From: the human T2T-CHM13v2.0 reference genome, Homo sapiens
Strand: one strand, 5' to 3'
DNA: 64,000 nt
NCBI RefSeq assembly: GCF_009914755.1
Contig: NC_060932.1
The notes under the pieces were generated by a model, which had not been told where the DNA came from, made no database searches, and worked only from the letters and a program-made list of their open reading frames with translations. The position numbers and the translations under genes were made by a program. This document shows, in pieces, positions 31,451 through 45,288 of this stretch (its first letter is position 1; every line of letters starts with the position of its first letter).

Positions 31451-32983
31451 ATGACTACTTTATCATTAATGGTCATTTTCAAGCATTGCCTCCAGGATTA
31501 CCACATACTGTATGTATGGCATCCTTGGGTCAAAGCAGGCATGCTTGAGGGCTTCCTTTTGGGCAAACGAGCAGCAATTTCACCAAAGTGCTATGTGCTT
31601 GAGTCTCTATTGCTGTCTCTAATGATCACCTAGTCTCTTCAGATTTTGATTTGGTTTCATTTCTGGACTTCACAGTGTGTCATCTTTCCTTGCTGTGAAT
31701 ACTCCTCTTCTACCTGCTTGCAAATCAGCTTCTTAGATTCCTAATTAACCCTGAGGTTAACGCTAACTCTTTATGCCTGTAATGACTCAGTTCCTGCACG
31801 GATTCTCTCTCTGTCCCATACTCTCTGCCCTGTGTCTTGGGAGACATGGAAGTTTCTGGTGGGATCCATGTTCCTTTCGGGCTGTAAATCCCTACACCTT
31901 GAGGACCAGTGTTTCTGTATTCTTGAATACATCTTTACCACAAGTTTACATCTGCATCTAGACCTGCTAAAGCAGTTGTATGCCCTTTTTCAAGCCCTCT
32001 TCCTTCATCTCTCTGCACTCAGGGCCCCACAACACAAAGCGGAAGGAAGTGGTGAAGGGAGAAACAAAGCCTAATTGGCGACTGCTGCTTAGACCAATAG
32101 ACTCACACTGTTTGCTTTGGAAGGGAAATGGCCTAAATGCTTTCCCCTCTGTTGGCATGAACCTACAAAGCATCTGATCCATCCAATTACATCCCATAGT
32201 AGGGGCTGATGGGTATTTAAAATTACATGGGTCAGGGCTCAAATGCAAGTGTAGTTCTCCCGGCTTGAGTTAAATCAAGTATTTACTTTGAGACCAAAAG
32301 TACAAATTGTGGGCTGTTGAATCAGCTGGAGTTCTCAAAATAGAATTTGACCTGAATAGAGATAATTCCGTGAAAACACTACTGGAAACCAAAATGCTTA
32401 TCTAATCTGTAAGTCTGGCAACATGTACAACATTACTGATCCCTGGTACTGGCGAGTCTTAATTTTTATGTCTAGAGGAAATTAAGCCAAGAAAAAGCGT
32501 ACCATTTCATTCAGAGGAAAGATGTTCATACATTTTACATTTCAAATGATTCCATTTGAGCACTTGGAAAATTAAAGGGCTTTCAGCCAAAAACAGTTCT
32601 ATGTCACTCGGCTATGTGGAGCTTAACTAAAGCTTGGCCTTATCTAACTTCTCAGAAATACACTAACCAGAGACTCTTTAAGAGTTCCAGAACTAGCATA
32701 TGCCTACAAGGGATTAGAGAGAAGCCAAAGTCGAGGAAAGCAATTTACTCATAATGGAGAGTATAATGGTTATAGATACCAAGTATGAGAAGGGTCATTC
32801 CAGACTGTCAAAATGAGCTTCTCACTCACCATCACTAAAAGACCGTTCCCAGTATGGGCAGGAAAGAGCTCTGGTAATTCCTAATAATAGCAAGAAATAG
32901 GATTCCTCTCGGGATCTTTAAAACCCCACCTTTTCTAACAGTTAAAGGCACACAGTTCCAATGAGGAGGAGAAACAGCTGTTA

Positions 32984-33182
32984 CTTTTCACAGAACTATG
33001 TATATTCTTAGCCTTTATTAACAGAGTACTCAAATATAATGTTATCAGGGAGGGCTTTTGAAACAGTCAACAAGCTGGGAAGTATGACTTCAAGAATACC
33101 TAGAATGCCTTCCCACTCTGCTCATCCTATGGTCTTAGTCCATTTGGGCTGCTATAAGAAATAGCATAAACTGGGTAGCTTA
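32984..33182 (+). repeat. Direct repeat copy 1 (199 bp)
   Basis: Near-identical to 34321-34519. Confidence 0.95.
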
Positions 33183-33487
33183 CAAACAAGAGAAATTTAT
33201 TTCTTGAAATTCTGGAGGCTGAAAGTCCAAGATCGAGGTGCTGGTAAATGCAGTGTCTGGTGAGGACCTGCTTCTTAGTTCATAAGCAATGCCTTCTCCC
33301 TGTATGCTCACATGGTGGAAAGGATGAATGGGTTCCCTTGATCCTATTTCACAAGAGCATTAATCCCATACATGAGGACTCCGCCATCATAGTCTAATCA
33401 CCTCCCCAAAGGCCCCACTTCCTAACCTTAGGGGTTGGGATTTCAACATACAAACTTTGGAAGGACACAGACATTCAGGCCATAGCA
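33133..33487 (-). mobile_element. MLT1A-type MaLR LTR
   Basis: 'tcttagtccatttgggctgctataag...tctggaggctgaaagtccaagatc...acattcaggccatagca'. Confidence 0.85.
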
Positions 33488-33522
33488 TACTATCTGTATA
33501 CGTACACTTATACTAGGTGAAG

Positions 33523-33525
<3 letters not shown>

Positions 33526-33559
<34 letters not shown>
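33526..33559. repeat. (CA)n microsatellite
   Basis: cacaca run. Confidence 0.9.
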
Positions 33560-33560
<1 letters not shown>

Positions 33561-33690
33561 ACGTGTTGTCATTGGAAGGAAAAGCTGGAGTTAGGGTAAT
33601 TGTGCACTTAAGCTCAGACATTTAACTATGAGTTCGAAACAGAAAGGGGCATAAAAAGCAGTGACTGATGGCTGAAAAACCAGCATGGCA

Positions 33691-34064
<374 letters not shown>

Positions 34065-34320
34065 TTAGACAAAAAAAATCCCATAATTCAGAAAAACCTG
34101 CAAATATCTAAACTACAAAGAAAATGTGAGCGATTCTTATGTCAATTTGTCAGACATTGTTTTTCCCATTGAGATGACATTTAGTTTTATTATACAATAT
34201 GTATATCATTACATAAATTTGAGCTCCAGCCTCTTCTGCAGTCACCATGACATATAAAAAGATATACATATATATACCATATATACACACATATATAATA
34301 TATGAACTATATACATAATT

Positions 34321-34519
34321 CTTTTCACAGAACTATGTACATTCTTAGCCTTTATTAACAGAGCACTCAAATATAATGTTATCAGGGAGGGCTTTTTAGA
34401 CAGTCAGCAAGCTGGGAAGTATGACTTCAAGAATACCTAGAATGCCTTCCCACTATCCTCATCCTGTGGTCTTAGTCCATTCTTGCTATTATAAGAAATA
34501 GCATAAACTGGGTAGCTTA
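34321..34519 (+). repeat. Direct repeat copy 2 (199 bp)
   Basis: Near-identical to 32984-33182. Confidence 0.95.
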
Positions 34520-34585
34520 AAGTTGCAAAAATAATACAGTACACATATGTGCACATATGCATATATGGACATATATAGACATGTA

Positions 34586-35272
34586 CAGACAATCCTCATT
34601 ATTTGTAGAATCTGTATTTGTGAATTTACCTACTCACTAAAATTTATTTGTAATCTTAAAGTCAATACTTACAGTTCTTTCATGGTCATTTGTGGACATG
34701 TGCAGAGCAGCAGATGCCTGATGAATACAGGCAATTTGAGTTGCTTGATGAATAGAGTCTCAACTGAGTTAAAACAAGGCAACAGTCTGCCTTATTGTAG
34801 AATATCAGCTCCCATACTGTCATACTGTAAACATGTCCTTTTGGTGGTTTATTTAGTGCCATATTGTTCACATTTTTGTGCTTTTGTTTGTGGTTTCATT
34901 GTTTAAAATGGGCCCATGCACAGTATTGAAGAGCTGTCCAGTGTTCCTAAATTTTAGAAGGCTGTGATGTGCCTTACAGAGAAAATACATGTATTAGATA
35001 AGCTTCATTGAGGCATGAGTTATAGTGCTGCTGCCTGTGAGTTCAGTGTTAATAAATCAATAACAGATATTAAATAGATGTTAAATATTTAAACAGAAAC
35101 ACACAGAAAACAAGGTTATATATTGATCAGTTGACAAAAATGTTGTGGCCAAAGGCTTGCTGCAGGAATCTAGCCCTGTACATCTCCTAGGAGCAATGGT
35201 TCAGTATTCATTAATTCAGTGTTCATAGAGACTTCAGAGATCATAGCTAACACAAATAATAAGAGTTGGCTA
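34586..35272. mobile_element. MER82 (TcMar-Tigger DNA transposon), near full length
   Basis: 'cagacaatcctcattatttgtagaatctgtatttgtgaatttacctactcactaaaatttatttgtaa' ... 'aataataagagttggct' with imperfect terminal inverted repeats; preceded by TA. Confidence 0.8.
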
Positions 35273-35279
35273 TCTATAC

Positions 35280-35686
35280 CTTTTTATTTGGAAATAATTT
35301 AAGACTCACACTCACAAGAAGTTGCAAAAATAGTATGGTGTCTGTATATATTTTGCTCAGCTACCTCCAATGAAAAAATCTTATTTTCAAAACTCAGAAA
35401 TTGACGTTGGTACAGTATTATTAACTTCAGTACAGACCTTAATTAGATGTCACCAGTTTTTAATGTATATACAGTTCTATAAATTGTATCACATGTACAG
35501 ATTCACGTAAAGATCACCACAGTTGGCATACAGAACTATTCCATCACCACAAGAAAAATTCCACACTACCACCTAATAGCCATACCCTCCCACAACCCTA
35601 TCCGTAAACAACCCTGCCAACCACTGATCGATTCTCTATCACTATAATTTTGTGCCTTTGAAAAGTTCTATAAGTGGAATTATACA
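35280..35686 (-). mobile_element. L1MB/L1MC 3' end
   Basis: 'aagttgcaaaaatagta...cagaactattccatcaccacaag...ccactgatcgattctctatcactataattttg'. Confidence 0.75.
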
Positions 35687-35889
35687 CTTCAGCATACTTA
35701 TCAGCTTATCAGGAAGACTTACTGCATGGTGGGGTCAAGTTCCTTTGCCACTCCTGACAGAATAAGGGGAGCAGTGGAATAACATGGGGGAAAAGATTCG
35801 TGAAGAGCTTGCCAACCCCTGGGAAGAGAAGTGGCTCCCTCTATTCTTCTCCTACGTCTATCCTCTTCCCTTGTGCCCATTCCTAAGTC

Positions 35890-36450
35890 AGTCCTATTCA
35901 GCAAATAGCTGCTGAGCACTTACTTGCTGCTGGGCTGCAGGTGAGGGATACAAATATGAAAGCACATGGCCCTGTCCTCAAAATGCTCCAGTGGAGTGTC
36001 AGGGAAAGACAGGAAAAAAGACAAATCATTTTAAAATGGTGCTTTTCCAGAGACAGAGCACAGCTGAAAGTTAGACTGCAGGTATTTAAGCCTACAGAAA
36101 TGTAAGCAGAAAGATAATGTGATCTACTTTGTGAGAGGCAAACTCCTTGGCTGTAATGTTGAAGGGAATGAACTCAGATGAGGCTAGAAAGCAAATGCAA
36201 TAATTCAGATTAGAGATGGTAACAGTCTTTTTCAACGCAGAGTTCAAGAAGATGGAGATGAGAGGCAAAACACAGATGAGAGCAGTCTCAACAGGGTTTG
36301 GTGACCGACTACAATGTGGTAAGTAAAAGAGGAAATGAAACAGAGAGCAAGGTTCCCAGCCTGGGAGGCAGGGTGCACGTGTTCTGTTAGCTAGATGGCC
36401 AAACAGGAGAAAGAACAGATTTGGAGGTGCATCTAACAGGGATGGGCAGG
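35890..36450 (-). mobile_element. L2 fragments
   Basis: 'attcagcaaatagctgctgagcacttacttgctgctggg...ggccctgtcctca'; 'tttggtgaccgactacaatgtgg'. Confidence 0.6.
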
Positions 36451-37315
36451 AAAATAATACATATTTATCGTTTTCCCCCTCTGATGTAAAATATGTCTTT
36501 GGATACACAGGAGATTCAGAATGCAGCCTTAAATCTGATGGACACATATTAGGCACTCAATAAATGTTATCTGAATGAAATACATTTTGGAACTCAGAAG
36601 AGGGTTGAACATGTAACAGGAAATCAGGGTTGGAAATGTAACCTATTGTCACCTAAGAAGCATTCTGTTCCAAAATGACATCTCAGTCCTTCCCTTCTTC
36701 CTCTCCATGCCCCCCATAAAAAAATTTCTCTTCCCTTTGTCTTATTAGGAAAATATTTGATAATGCTACCTAAAATGCTTAGAAATCACCCAAGCATCTG
36801 CAACTTAACTGCATGTATTATTTTTATATAACTGTACATCTCTGCTTTCTACTATTATATTTTTAAAATATTATATTAAAAAGATAGATTTTAAACTTTT
36901 ATTCTAATCATATTCTCTCTTGATAGAGTCATTTTTTATATTAAAAATTCTCTAACACACAACAGCAGGATTTTCTCCAGCTATGGGAGAAAAACCTTTA
37001 ATTTTATGTGTCCTGTCAGGAGACCTAGTCTTTTGTCACCTTTGTTTTAATGAGTCTTGGAATTAGCAATTTATAATTCTTCTTTCACCTCACTCTTTTT
37101 TAGATAAATCAGATATACCTAAATAGGGATATGGGATAAAGTTTACAGTTCCGAAACAAAATAAAAACAAGAAAAACTATTCACAGCTCTGTTACTCAAT
37201 TAACAGAGTCAACAATAAAAGGCATTTCACATGGTTATACATTAACCAGACGTTTTCAGATTCTTCCAAATCATATTTTGGAAGTATTTGGAAGACTTCT
37301 TTGCCTATAGTTTAA

Positions 37316-37643
<328 letters not shown>

Positions 37644-38389
37644 TCCATTCTTACATTTTCTATGCATGTCTAGAATGGCTTCTGTGTTAGTGAATAACTC
37701 ACATGCACCGGTTAATCCTTGCCAAGGGCTCTACCTGAATGGAACTTTCTTTCACAGTATTTCTGGCAGCTGTGAAGGAATCACTCTGAGCAAGCAGAAG
37801 TCCCCACACTCTTACCCTCTGCCTCTTCTGTGGAGAGAAGCGCTGTGGGCCCACCTCCATCCCAGCTGAAGAAGTGGACTAGCTCCTGGTGGAAGAAGAA
37901 AAGAGCCATGTCTACTTCAGAAGGTCTGAGGTGACTCTGCCTCCAGGTGTCCCCAGCAGGAGAGATGTGCTGTCCACGGGCCCAGGGTCTCTATGCCTGT
38001 CTCTCACCTTCAGACTGGAAATCAACCAACAGTAATCTGGAATGTTGGTGGCTACGTGGCCTGATCTAATAGGGGGGAAAGAACGGTGGCTGACTCCTGC
38101 CTTGTCTTGGGGAAAGTCAAGCCAGGAACCACAAACTTTTTTTCTTCCCTTTTTATAAGCTCACTGTTTACCCAAGTTAGCTCCAGAAATGCTTACTTTC
38201 ACTCTAGAAAAGGAGCACCGTATTTTTCCACAGATCATTCACTGAGCCACTCACCTATGCCTCTTTCTTGCAAAACAACAATGGTGACACACTCCTTATT
38301 AAACTCATTGTAAGTTTTATTCGATTACAACTCAAATTTTTTTCACTTCTGTGTAGTCTCCACTGTTTGCTATTTATATAAGAAAATGT

Positions 38390-38688
<299 letters not shown>

Positions 38689-39499
38689 TTAAAATTGAAA
38701 GTTATATGCATACTAGGGAAACAATTAATTTTAAAGTAAAGCAGAGGTGGGGGAAAGTGCATAAAAAATGTTAATAAAACCTGCTGAACTCCGAGTGGTA
38801 GCTGTCTTTGGGGAGGGGCAGGTAGACTTCAAGTCATTTTTCCCCCTTCTTGCTGTGTTTCTCCATTTTTCACTTTTTCTTTAATAAGCATGTGTTTCCA
38901 AAGTTCTACCTCCCATTTGCTCAGTAAATAATGACATGCATGTGCCCTTTTGACTCTCTTGCAATTTTTTGGAATCACCCCAGTTTCTTCCAAAGTCTTG
39001 TTCATTGTTCTTGGATCGTGTGGGAAGGCTGTGATTTGGATAAGTGTCTGACTATGTTTTGGATGCTTCTGTAGTTAAGAACTAAGATGGGTGGGAGAAT
39101 GAGTAACACGGTGACTGAAAAATTAGAAAAGTGATTCATAAAATGTACCCAGATATCTTGTCTTGCTCAGTTCTCTAAATGTCTTTCTACATTTTAGCCT
39201 CAGTTAACAGCATTGTGCTTTTCCCTGAAGGGATAGGACTGCTGAGGTCAATGCTGTGCATTCCAAATCCTCGAAACAAGCTGCCTTATGTCTTTAGTCC
39301 AAGAGTGTATACAGTTCCTTAACAGAATCCAGAAGCCTTTGGGGTCCAAATACATTTGCTTTATTGCCCATTTTCTGCCACTCCCATTGCCTTGGTTCTC
39401 TCACTAAAGAACACATTTCTACCACATATTTCCAAGAAAAGAAAAACTCAGAAAGATATGGACAAGGGCTCTAAGGTCAGCTTTAATAATTAATTGGTG

Positions 39500-39985
39500 C
39501 ATGCATTGTGTTATTGCACAGAACTAGGCATAAGAGTCCAAGAGACAGCTCATGTCTTCAATGAGATCAAGATCTAATGAGGCAGAATGACGAAAAGCAA
39601 TTATAATATTCTCTGCAAAGTGAAATATGGGTCAACATAGAGGCTTTAAGAATACATAGGAGACTTCACTCAGCTGAAGTTAAGGATATGGCCAGAGAAG
39701 GCTTCCCAAAAAAGGCAGAGCCCAGAAGGAAAAATAGGAGATACGGGTGGGGAGAGAAGGGTGGGCATTGCAAGCAGAGGGAATGTTGTGTTCAAAGACT
39801 GGACCAAGAGAGACTCACTGTGAGTACTTCACAATGGGTTGGGCACAGAATACGAGGAAAAGAGAAAGAGAAGATACAGCTGGAGAGGACAGTGGGGACC
39901 TAGCATGCTATGCTAGGTGAAGTTAGTAGGCAAAGTATTATATTGCTTTTAAACAAATGAAAGATATGATCAGATATTATACAGT
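39500..39985 (-). mobile_element. L2 fragment
   Basis: 'ggccagagaaggcttccc...gggcattgcaagcagagggaatgttgtgttcaaagac'. Confidence 0.6.
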
Positions 39986-40140
39986 TTTAGAGCTAGAAAG
40001 GATCTTAGAAATAATTTGGTGTGTCATCTTGCAATTGAGAACACTGAGACCCAGAGAAGCGAAGTGACTTGTACAATGTCATGCAGCCTGCTAAGGGTAG
40101 TGTTGAATCAAGAACTATTTGGGACACTTTCCAATCCATC
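39985..40140 (-). mobile_element. MIR fragment
   Basis: 'tgagaacactgagacccagagaagcgaagtgacttgtacaatgtcatgcagc'. Confidence 0.7.
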
Positions 40141-42157
40141 ACGTCATTTCCCAATAGGGCTGATTGCAATCCTATGAGTGGAGCCACATCCTCCAGAGTT
40201 TTGCATGAGACTTTACATTCAGGAATACAGGCTTATGTTCTCACGAGGCAGTTGCAAGTTTGGCCTCCTTCAATGTGAAAAGAGGCTTCACCACCAACAA
40301 GGATTTTCCAAGCATTTCTGAAACCAGGGCAATGTTCAAGATTAAAAGAAATAGAAGAACTTAAAAGAAAATGAAAAAGTGGGTTCAGCAGAGCAGAAGC
40401 CCTGTTCTTTCAGCATCTTCTGTTCCACTGCTTTTCATTCAAATAACCTCAACCTCCTTCCCCTCACTTTTTTCATGTCCCTTGTTTTATTCTGGCCTCT
40501 GTTTTTATCCTTTCCTTCCCATTACTCTCAATTCCTCCTTTCCTATCCCTAAATGGCAGGCAGACATGGTCAGAATAAGGACTGAGTGAGAAGGATGTTA
40601 GGATCGTGAGAAGCGAGCTCAAAATGACCTAAGTTTCTTTCTTTTCCCAATTCCAGCTTCCAGCCCAATATTAACCTTCTTCTCCTAACCTATTGGCAGG
40701 CTGCTGTCACACAGTGGGAACCCCAGCCATGCCAGTAAAACCCACGATCAGTGCCGCTGTATCCTCAAGGCTGAGCCATTGAGCCACTGACTCCCCTGAT
40801 CCTCCCACCAGAGATGAAAAGTGACCCAAACACTAAGCCAACCAGCATTCCAGCTTCTTCTGCGCCGCCTAGGTGGAGCAACCGGAGGGAAGCAAGGCAC
40901 TTGGAGGTCAGCCATTCCTGGCTGGCCAGGCCTGGCTGCTGGGCCCTGGCAAGCACACCAGAGAGGCTGGAGCCGCTGCCCCCACCTGAAGCCAGGCTGG
41001 GCTCTGGGGCCTGGACCTAGTTGGATGAGTGGGAGAAGAGAGGAACATCTCTTATCCTCTGCTCTTTTGAACTTTTTTGGCTGCTAGCGGGAAGACCTTC
41101 AGGGACTGGGGCACTGCGAGAAGGGAGAAGATGACGCTCCTCGGGAGGGAGTCGCCAGGCCTCTGCATGATATATCGGCCCTCGGAAGCCAATCTTACTT
41201 GCAGATAAAGCGCATTTGTTTTGTCCGGCTTGGAGCTGACAGGAGGAGGTTTGCTGGCGGGATGGCTTCCGGCCTGTTCATCCCTCTTCTGGTAAAACTA
41301 CCTCTTAGGGGAAGGCGTCTAAGTTGTTTCCTCTCCTCTGTGGCTCCTAAGCACCTGCTGGGTGTAGAGGCTTCTGCTGGCTCCAAACAGCCTCCACCCC
41401 ACAGGGACTTCTTGCTGCAGCCACCTGAGCCACACAGGCTTCTAGCAGCAGGCTTGTTGACAGGGAACAAATGACTGATGAGACTAGAGGATCTCACCCC
41501 CTTCCCAGGAAGAAGATGAAAGCAGCAATGGGCTCAAATCCAGCAGAGGCGATTCCTGCTTTGCCTGGCAGCACTGGCTGGGCCTGATGGAGCATTGGAA
41601 AGGAATGTGCCCATGAGACGAGTGCGGGCAGAGGCTCTGCTCTTGTCCTTGCCATCAGTCTGGCAACCTAGAAAGTCCTGGAGTCTATGGGAAAATTGGC
41701 TCTAGCCTTTTTATGTTCTGATTTAAGTTTAACACATTACATATTAGGTGCTTCCTGCATTTGCATTTAACAAAATAGCCCGATTATAAACACATCGTTC
41801 TTTTCCATACCATGTGGTTCCGCTTCTCTTTTGTAAGTTCACATTGGAATATAATTTATCGGGTCATTCAGTGATTCTGTAAATATCACTGAGTGCCTAC
41901 ACTACCTTGCAGTGATAATGCAGAAACCTCACAACTTTTCTCCTTGTCTTCACTTTTACTCACTTCCAATCCTTGCCCGATGACAATACCACAGACACCT
42001 TTCTAAAGTGCAACTCTGACCACGCTAAAAATTATGCAACAGAAGACATTCTCAAATCAGTCTGGTAGACACAATCTACCTTTGAAATCTCACCACTAGG
42101 CACACCGATGCAGGTCATGCTGAGCTACTAATTTTTCCTGAATATGACAATAATAGC

Positions 42158-42593
42158 TGTGATGGTTAATACTGAGTGTCAACTTGATTGGCTCAAGGAT
42201 GCAAAGTATTGTTCCTGGGTAAGTCTGTGAGGGTGTTGCCAAAGGAGGTTAACATTTGAGTCAATGGACTGGGAAAAGCAGACCCACCCTTAATCTCGGT
42301 GGGCACCATCTAATCAGCTGCCAGAGTGGCCAGAATAAAAGCAGGCAGAAGAACGTGAAAAGGCTAGACTGGCTTAACCTCCCAGCCTACATCTTTCTCC
42401 CATGCTGGATGCTTCCTGCTCTCAAACATCGGCGGACTCTAGTTTCTTCAGCTTTGAGACTTGGACTGGCTTCCTTGCTCCTGAGCCTATTGTGGGAGCT
42501 TGTGATCGTGTGAGTTATTACTTCTTAATAAATTCCTCTTTATACAGACATCTATCCTATTAGTTCTGTCCCTCTAGAGAACGCTGAAATACA
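42158..42593 (+). mobile_element. MLT2A (HERVL) solo LTR
   Basis: TG...CA ends ('tgtgatggttaatactgagtgtcaacttgattgg' ... 'ctctagagaacgctgaaataca'); 5-bp TSD atagc/atggc. Confidence 0.9.
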
Positions 42594-42654
42594 ATGGCTA
42601 ATGCAGGGAGAGTTTACTGTGTACTGGTGACTCATTCAATTGTCATAAACAGCT

Positions 42655-44033
42655 TTTTTTTTTTTGTAAGCAAAACTATAATCCCAAGGATTCTCACAAA
42701 ACATATTACAAATGACAGCATGAAAACAAATTTTTGCATAGTAACTCAAAGTTCACTTCTACAAAATACCCTTAAACTGGCAGGACATTGGTATTTTGAA
42801 ATCTCAAATTTCCTAGTGAAGAATGTTACAAACAGGCATGTCTTCATATATAGCAATTACATAAGGAACTTATGACCTAAAGTAAAGGTAAACTTACTTG
42901 AAATTTAAAAGATTCTATACCAACTTGGCAACCTCTCCCAGGGTGAAAACCAGTTGGATTTCTCAAAAACCTCTAATTTAGTTTGATGTTGCAGCTTTTC
43001 TTTTTATCCATTGGCTTGTGTTCCACAGCAACTTTTACCACTTGCTTAACTATAGCTGCATACTATATCACAGCTATGGAAAAAAAGTAAATCTTAGTTC
43101 CACTTTTGCCAGTTTTGTTTCTGTATTTTTTAAAAAATTACATTTCTACTAGGCAGAATTTAGAGGTTTATTATCAGTCTATGCATAACTAAAGTTCAAA
43201 GCAAATTCGATTTTGCTTAAGGGAACATCATAAAGTAGCAATTCTTGGTGTTACATGCTTCACAGAATCCATTTCAAACCACAGAGAATTGCACCTTTGT
43301 GTGTCACTGTTCCCAAAGGCAAACAAATTTGAAAAGTTAAAACATATTTAAAATGTACCATGCTTATGAAGTCTCAAACAAAACTTGAGTTTTCTGCACA
43401 TACTCTCGTCAAATGAAGTTATTTCCTGCATACAACTTCTCTTGCAAACTGGTCTTCTATTTCCTTTCATTCAACTTAAACTGACTGAGACCTAGAGAAG
43501 GATCGGGACGGCTTGTGATTTCTCTCCCAAGACAGTGATCTCTGTGTTTTCTCCTATCTCTAGAAAAGAAGATACTCCCCCTGTGAGAGAAGCTTTTCCT
43601 TCTTGGACATCTGCGGAGAGGTGGAGGACTCCTACGATGATCATCTCGAGGGTGACAGTCCCAAGAGATAGGTGGGCCATCATTTCTACTCACAGGGCAG
43701 CTACACAGCGATCTTCCATCTAGCTCTCATACAGCTTCAGCCGCATCTTGGGTTCAAATTCAAAAAAAGCTAAGTCGGGAGGATTTCTAGCAACCTACAC
43801 ACTTCAGAGTGGTCCTTAGTAGCGAAAGCCCATTCCAATTAAGTTTTGTTGCCATTTTTCCAAGATAACCTAGATAAACTTTACCATCCACTGAACAGAA
43901 ATCATGATGCATTTCAAGAGCTAGGGTAAAAAGTGCTGAGGCTCAAATCTGCATGCTCCAAAGGACCTTCCTGCTTCCCTCCTGCCCAACTCCCACTGAT
44001 GCTGTTGCTTACCAGGCATTCAGGAAACAGCAG
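42655..44033 (-). pseudogene. SRSF3: Processed pseudogene of SRSF3 (SRp20); degenerate CDS 43912->43457 with 5' and 3' UTRs and poly-A
   Basis: Minus strand gives decayed MHHDFCSVDGKVYLGYLG..., GPLRSV-VARNPP-like, [33 protein letters not shown], ...NERK*; intronless; poly-T at ~42654-42665; TSD ataaacagct at 42645-42654 and 44034-44043. Confidence 0.93.
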
Positions 44034-44228
44034 ATAAACAGCTCTTTGAGGGTAGATGCTATTATGATCCTTATTTTGCAAAAAAAAAGAAAAAAAAGAA
44101 AAAGCAATGAAGGCACTGAAAGAGGAAGTAACTTACCTCTGGTGCTATAACTGGTAAGTGGCTGAGCTGGCATTTCAACCAAGCAATCTGTCACAGCATC
44201 TGTGTTCTTAAGCACTACACTATTGTCT
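44034..44228 (-). mobile_element. MIR (remainder of the element split by the pseudogene and LTR)
   Basis: 'ctattatgatccttattttgca...gaggaagtaacttacc...ggtaagtggctgagctggcatttcaaccaag...ttcttaagcactacact'. Confidence 0.75.
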
Positions 44229-44512
44229 TGTGACTTTGCCCATCCTGTTCCCCCTGCTCTTCCTCACCCTGTCAGTCCAGCACAAACATATTCATGCTTC
44301 AATACCCAGATCAACTACCACATCCCTATAAAGCCTTTGTCCCTCCCACAGAGAGATACTTTGATGTCACACATCTTTATTCTTTCACTCAAGTTGAATT
44401 CTACTGCCCTATTAAGATATAGATTACACTGGCTCAGATCCCCAGTTTTTCAGACAGTGGGAATCCAAAACCCTTCCCCAGTATTTCTATGCATTCCTGG
44501 GAAGACTTTGAA

Positions 44513-45288
44513 TGTGATGGGTAATTTTATGTGTCGACTTGACTGGACCACAAAATGCCCAGACATTTGGCCAGAGGATGTTCTGGGTGTGTCAGTGAGG
44601 ATGTTCCTGAATGAGATTTACATTTGAATCAGCCAGGAGGGTGGCTCATACCTGTAATCCTATCACTTTGGGAGGCTAAGGTGAGAGGATTGCTTGAGCC
44701 CAGGGATCTGAGACCAGCCTGGGCAACATAGTGAGAACTTGACTCTACAAAAAAATAAAATTAACTGGGCATAGTGGTGCATGCTTGTAGTCCCAGCTAC
44801 TTGGGAAGCTACAGTGGGAGGATCACTTGAGTCCAAGAGGTTGAGGCTTCAAAGAGCCGAGGTTGCGCCACTGCATTCTAGCCTGGGTGGCAGAGCAAGA
44901 CTCTGTCTCAAAAAAAAAAAAAAAAACCGAAATTGAATTAGTAGATTGGGTAAAGCAGATTGTGGCCCCTAAAATGGGTGGGCCTCACCTAATTGACTGA
45001 AGTCCTGAATAGAACAAAAAGACTGAGCAAGAGGAAACCCACTCTAATTGACTGCTTGAACTAAGACACTGGCTTTTTCCTTGCCTTCAGACTCGGACAG
45101 AAAGCATTGGCAGGCTTCAGCCTTCAGACTAGAACTTATGCCATTGGCTCCCTTGGGTCTGCAGCTTGCTGACTGCAGATCTGGGGACTTCTCAGCTTCA
45201 TAATAAATCTTTGTATACATACACACACGCACGCATGCACACATACACACATCCTATTGGTTTTGTTCCTCTGAAAACTCTAATACAA
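44513..45288 (+). mobile_element. MLT2 (B/C/D-type) solo LTR interrupted by AluJ
   Basis: 'tgtgatgggtaattttatgtgtcgacttgactgg' ... 'cctattggttttgttcctctgaaaactctaataca'. Confidence 0.85.
44631..44926 (+). mobile_element. AluJ element
   Basis: 'ggattgcttgagcccaggg...gggcaacatagtgaga' J-type features, poly-A tail. Confidence 0.93.

Noticed and set aside
43457-43693. 78-aa Arg/Ser-rich ORF as a live SR protein
   Set aside because: Frameshifted remnant of the SRSF3 retrocopy; the RRM is destroyed and the start is not a real ATG.
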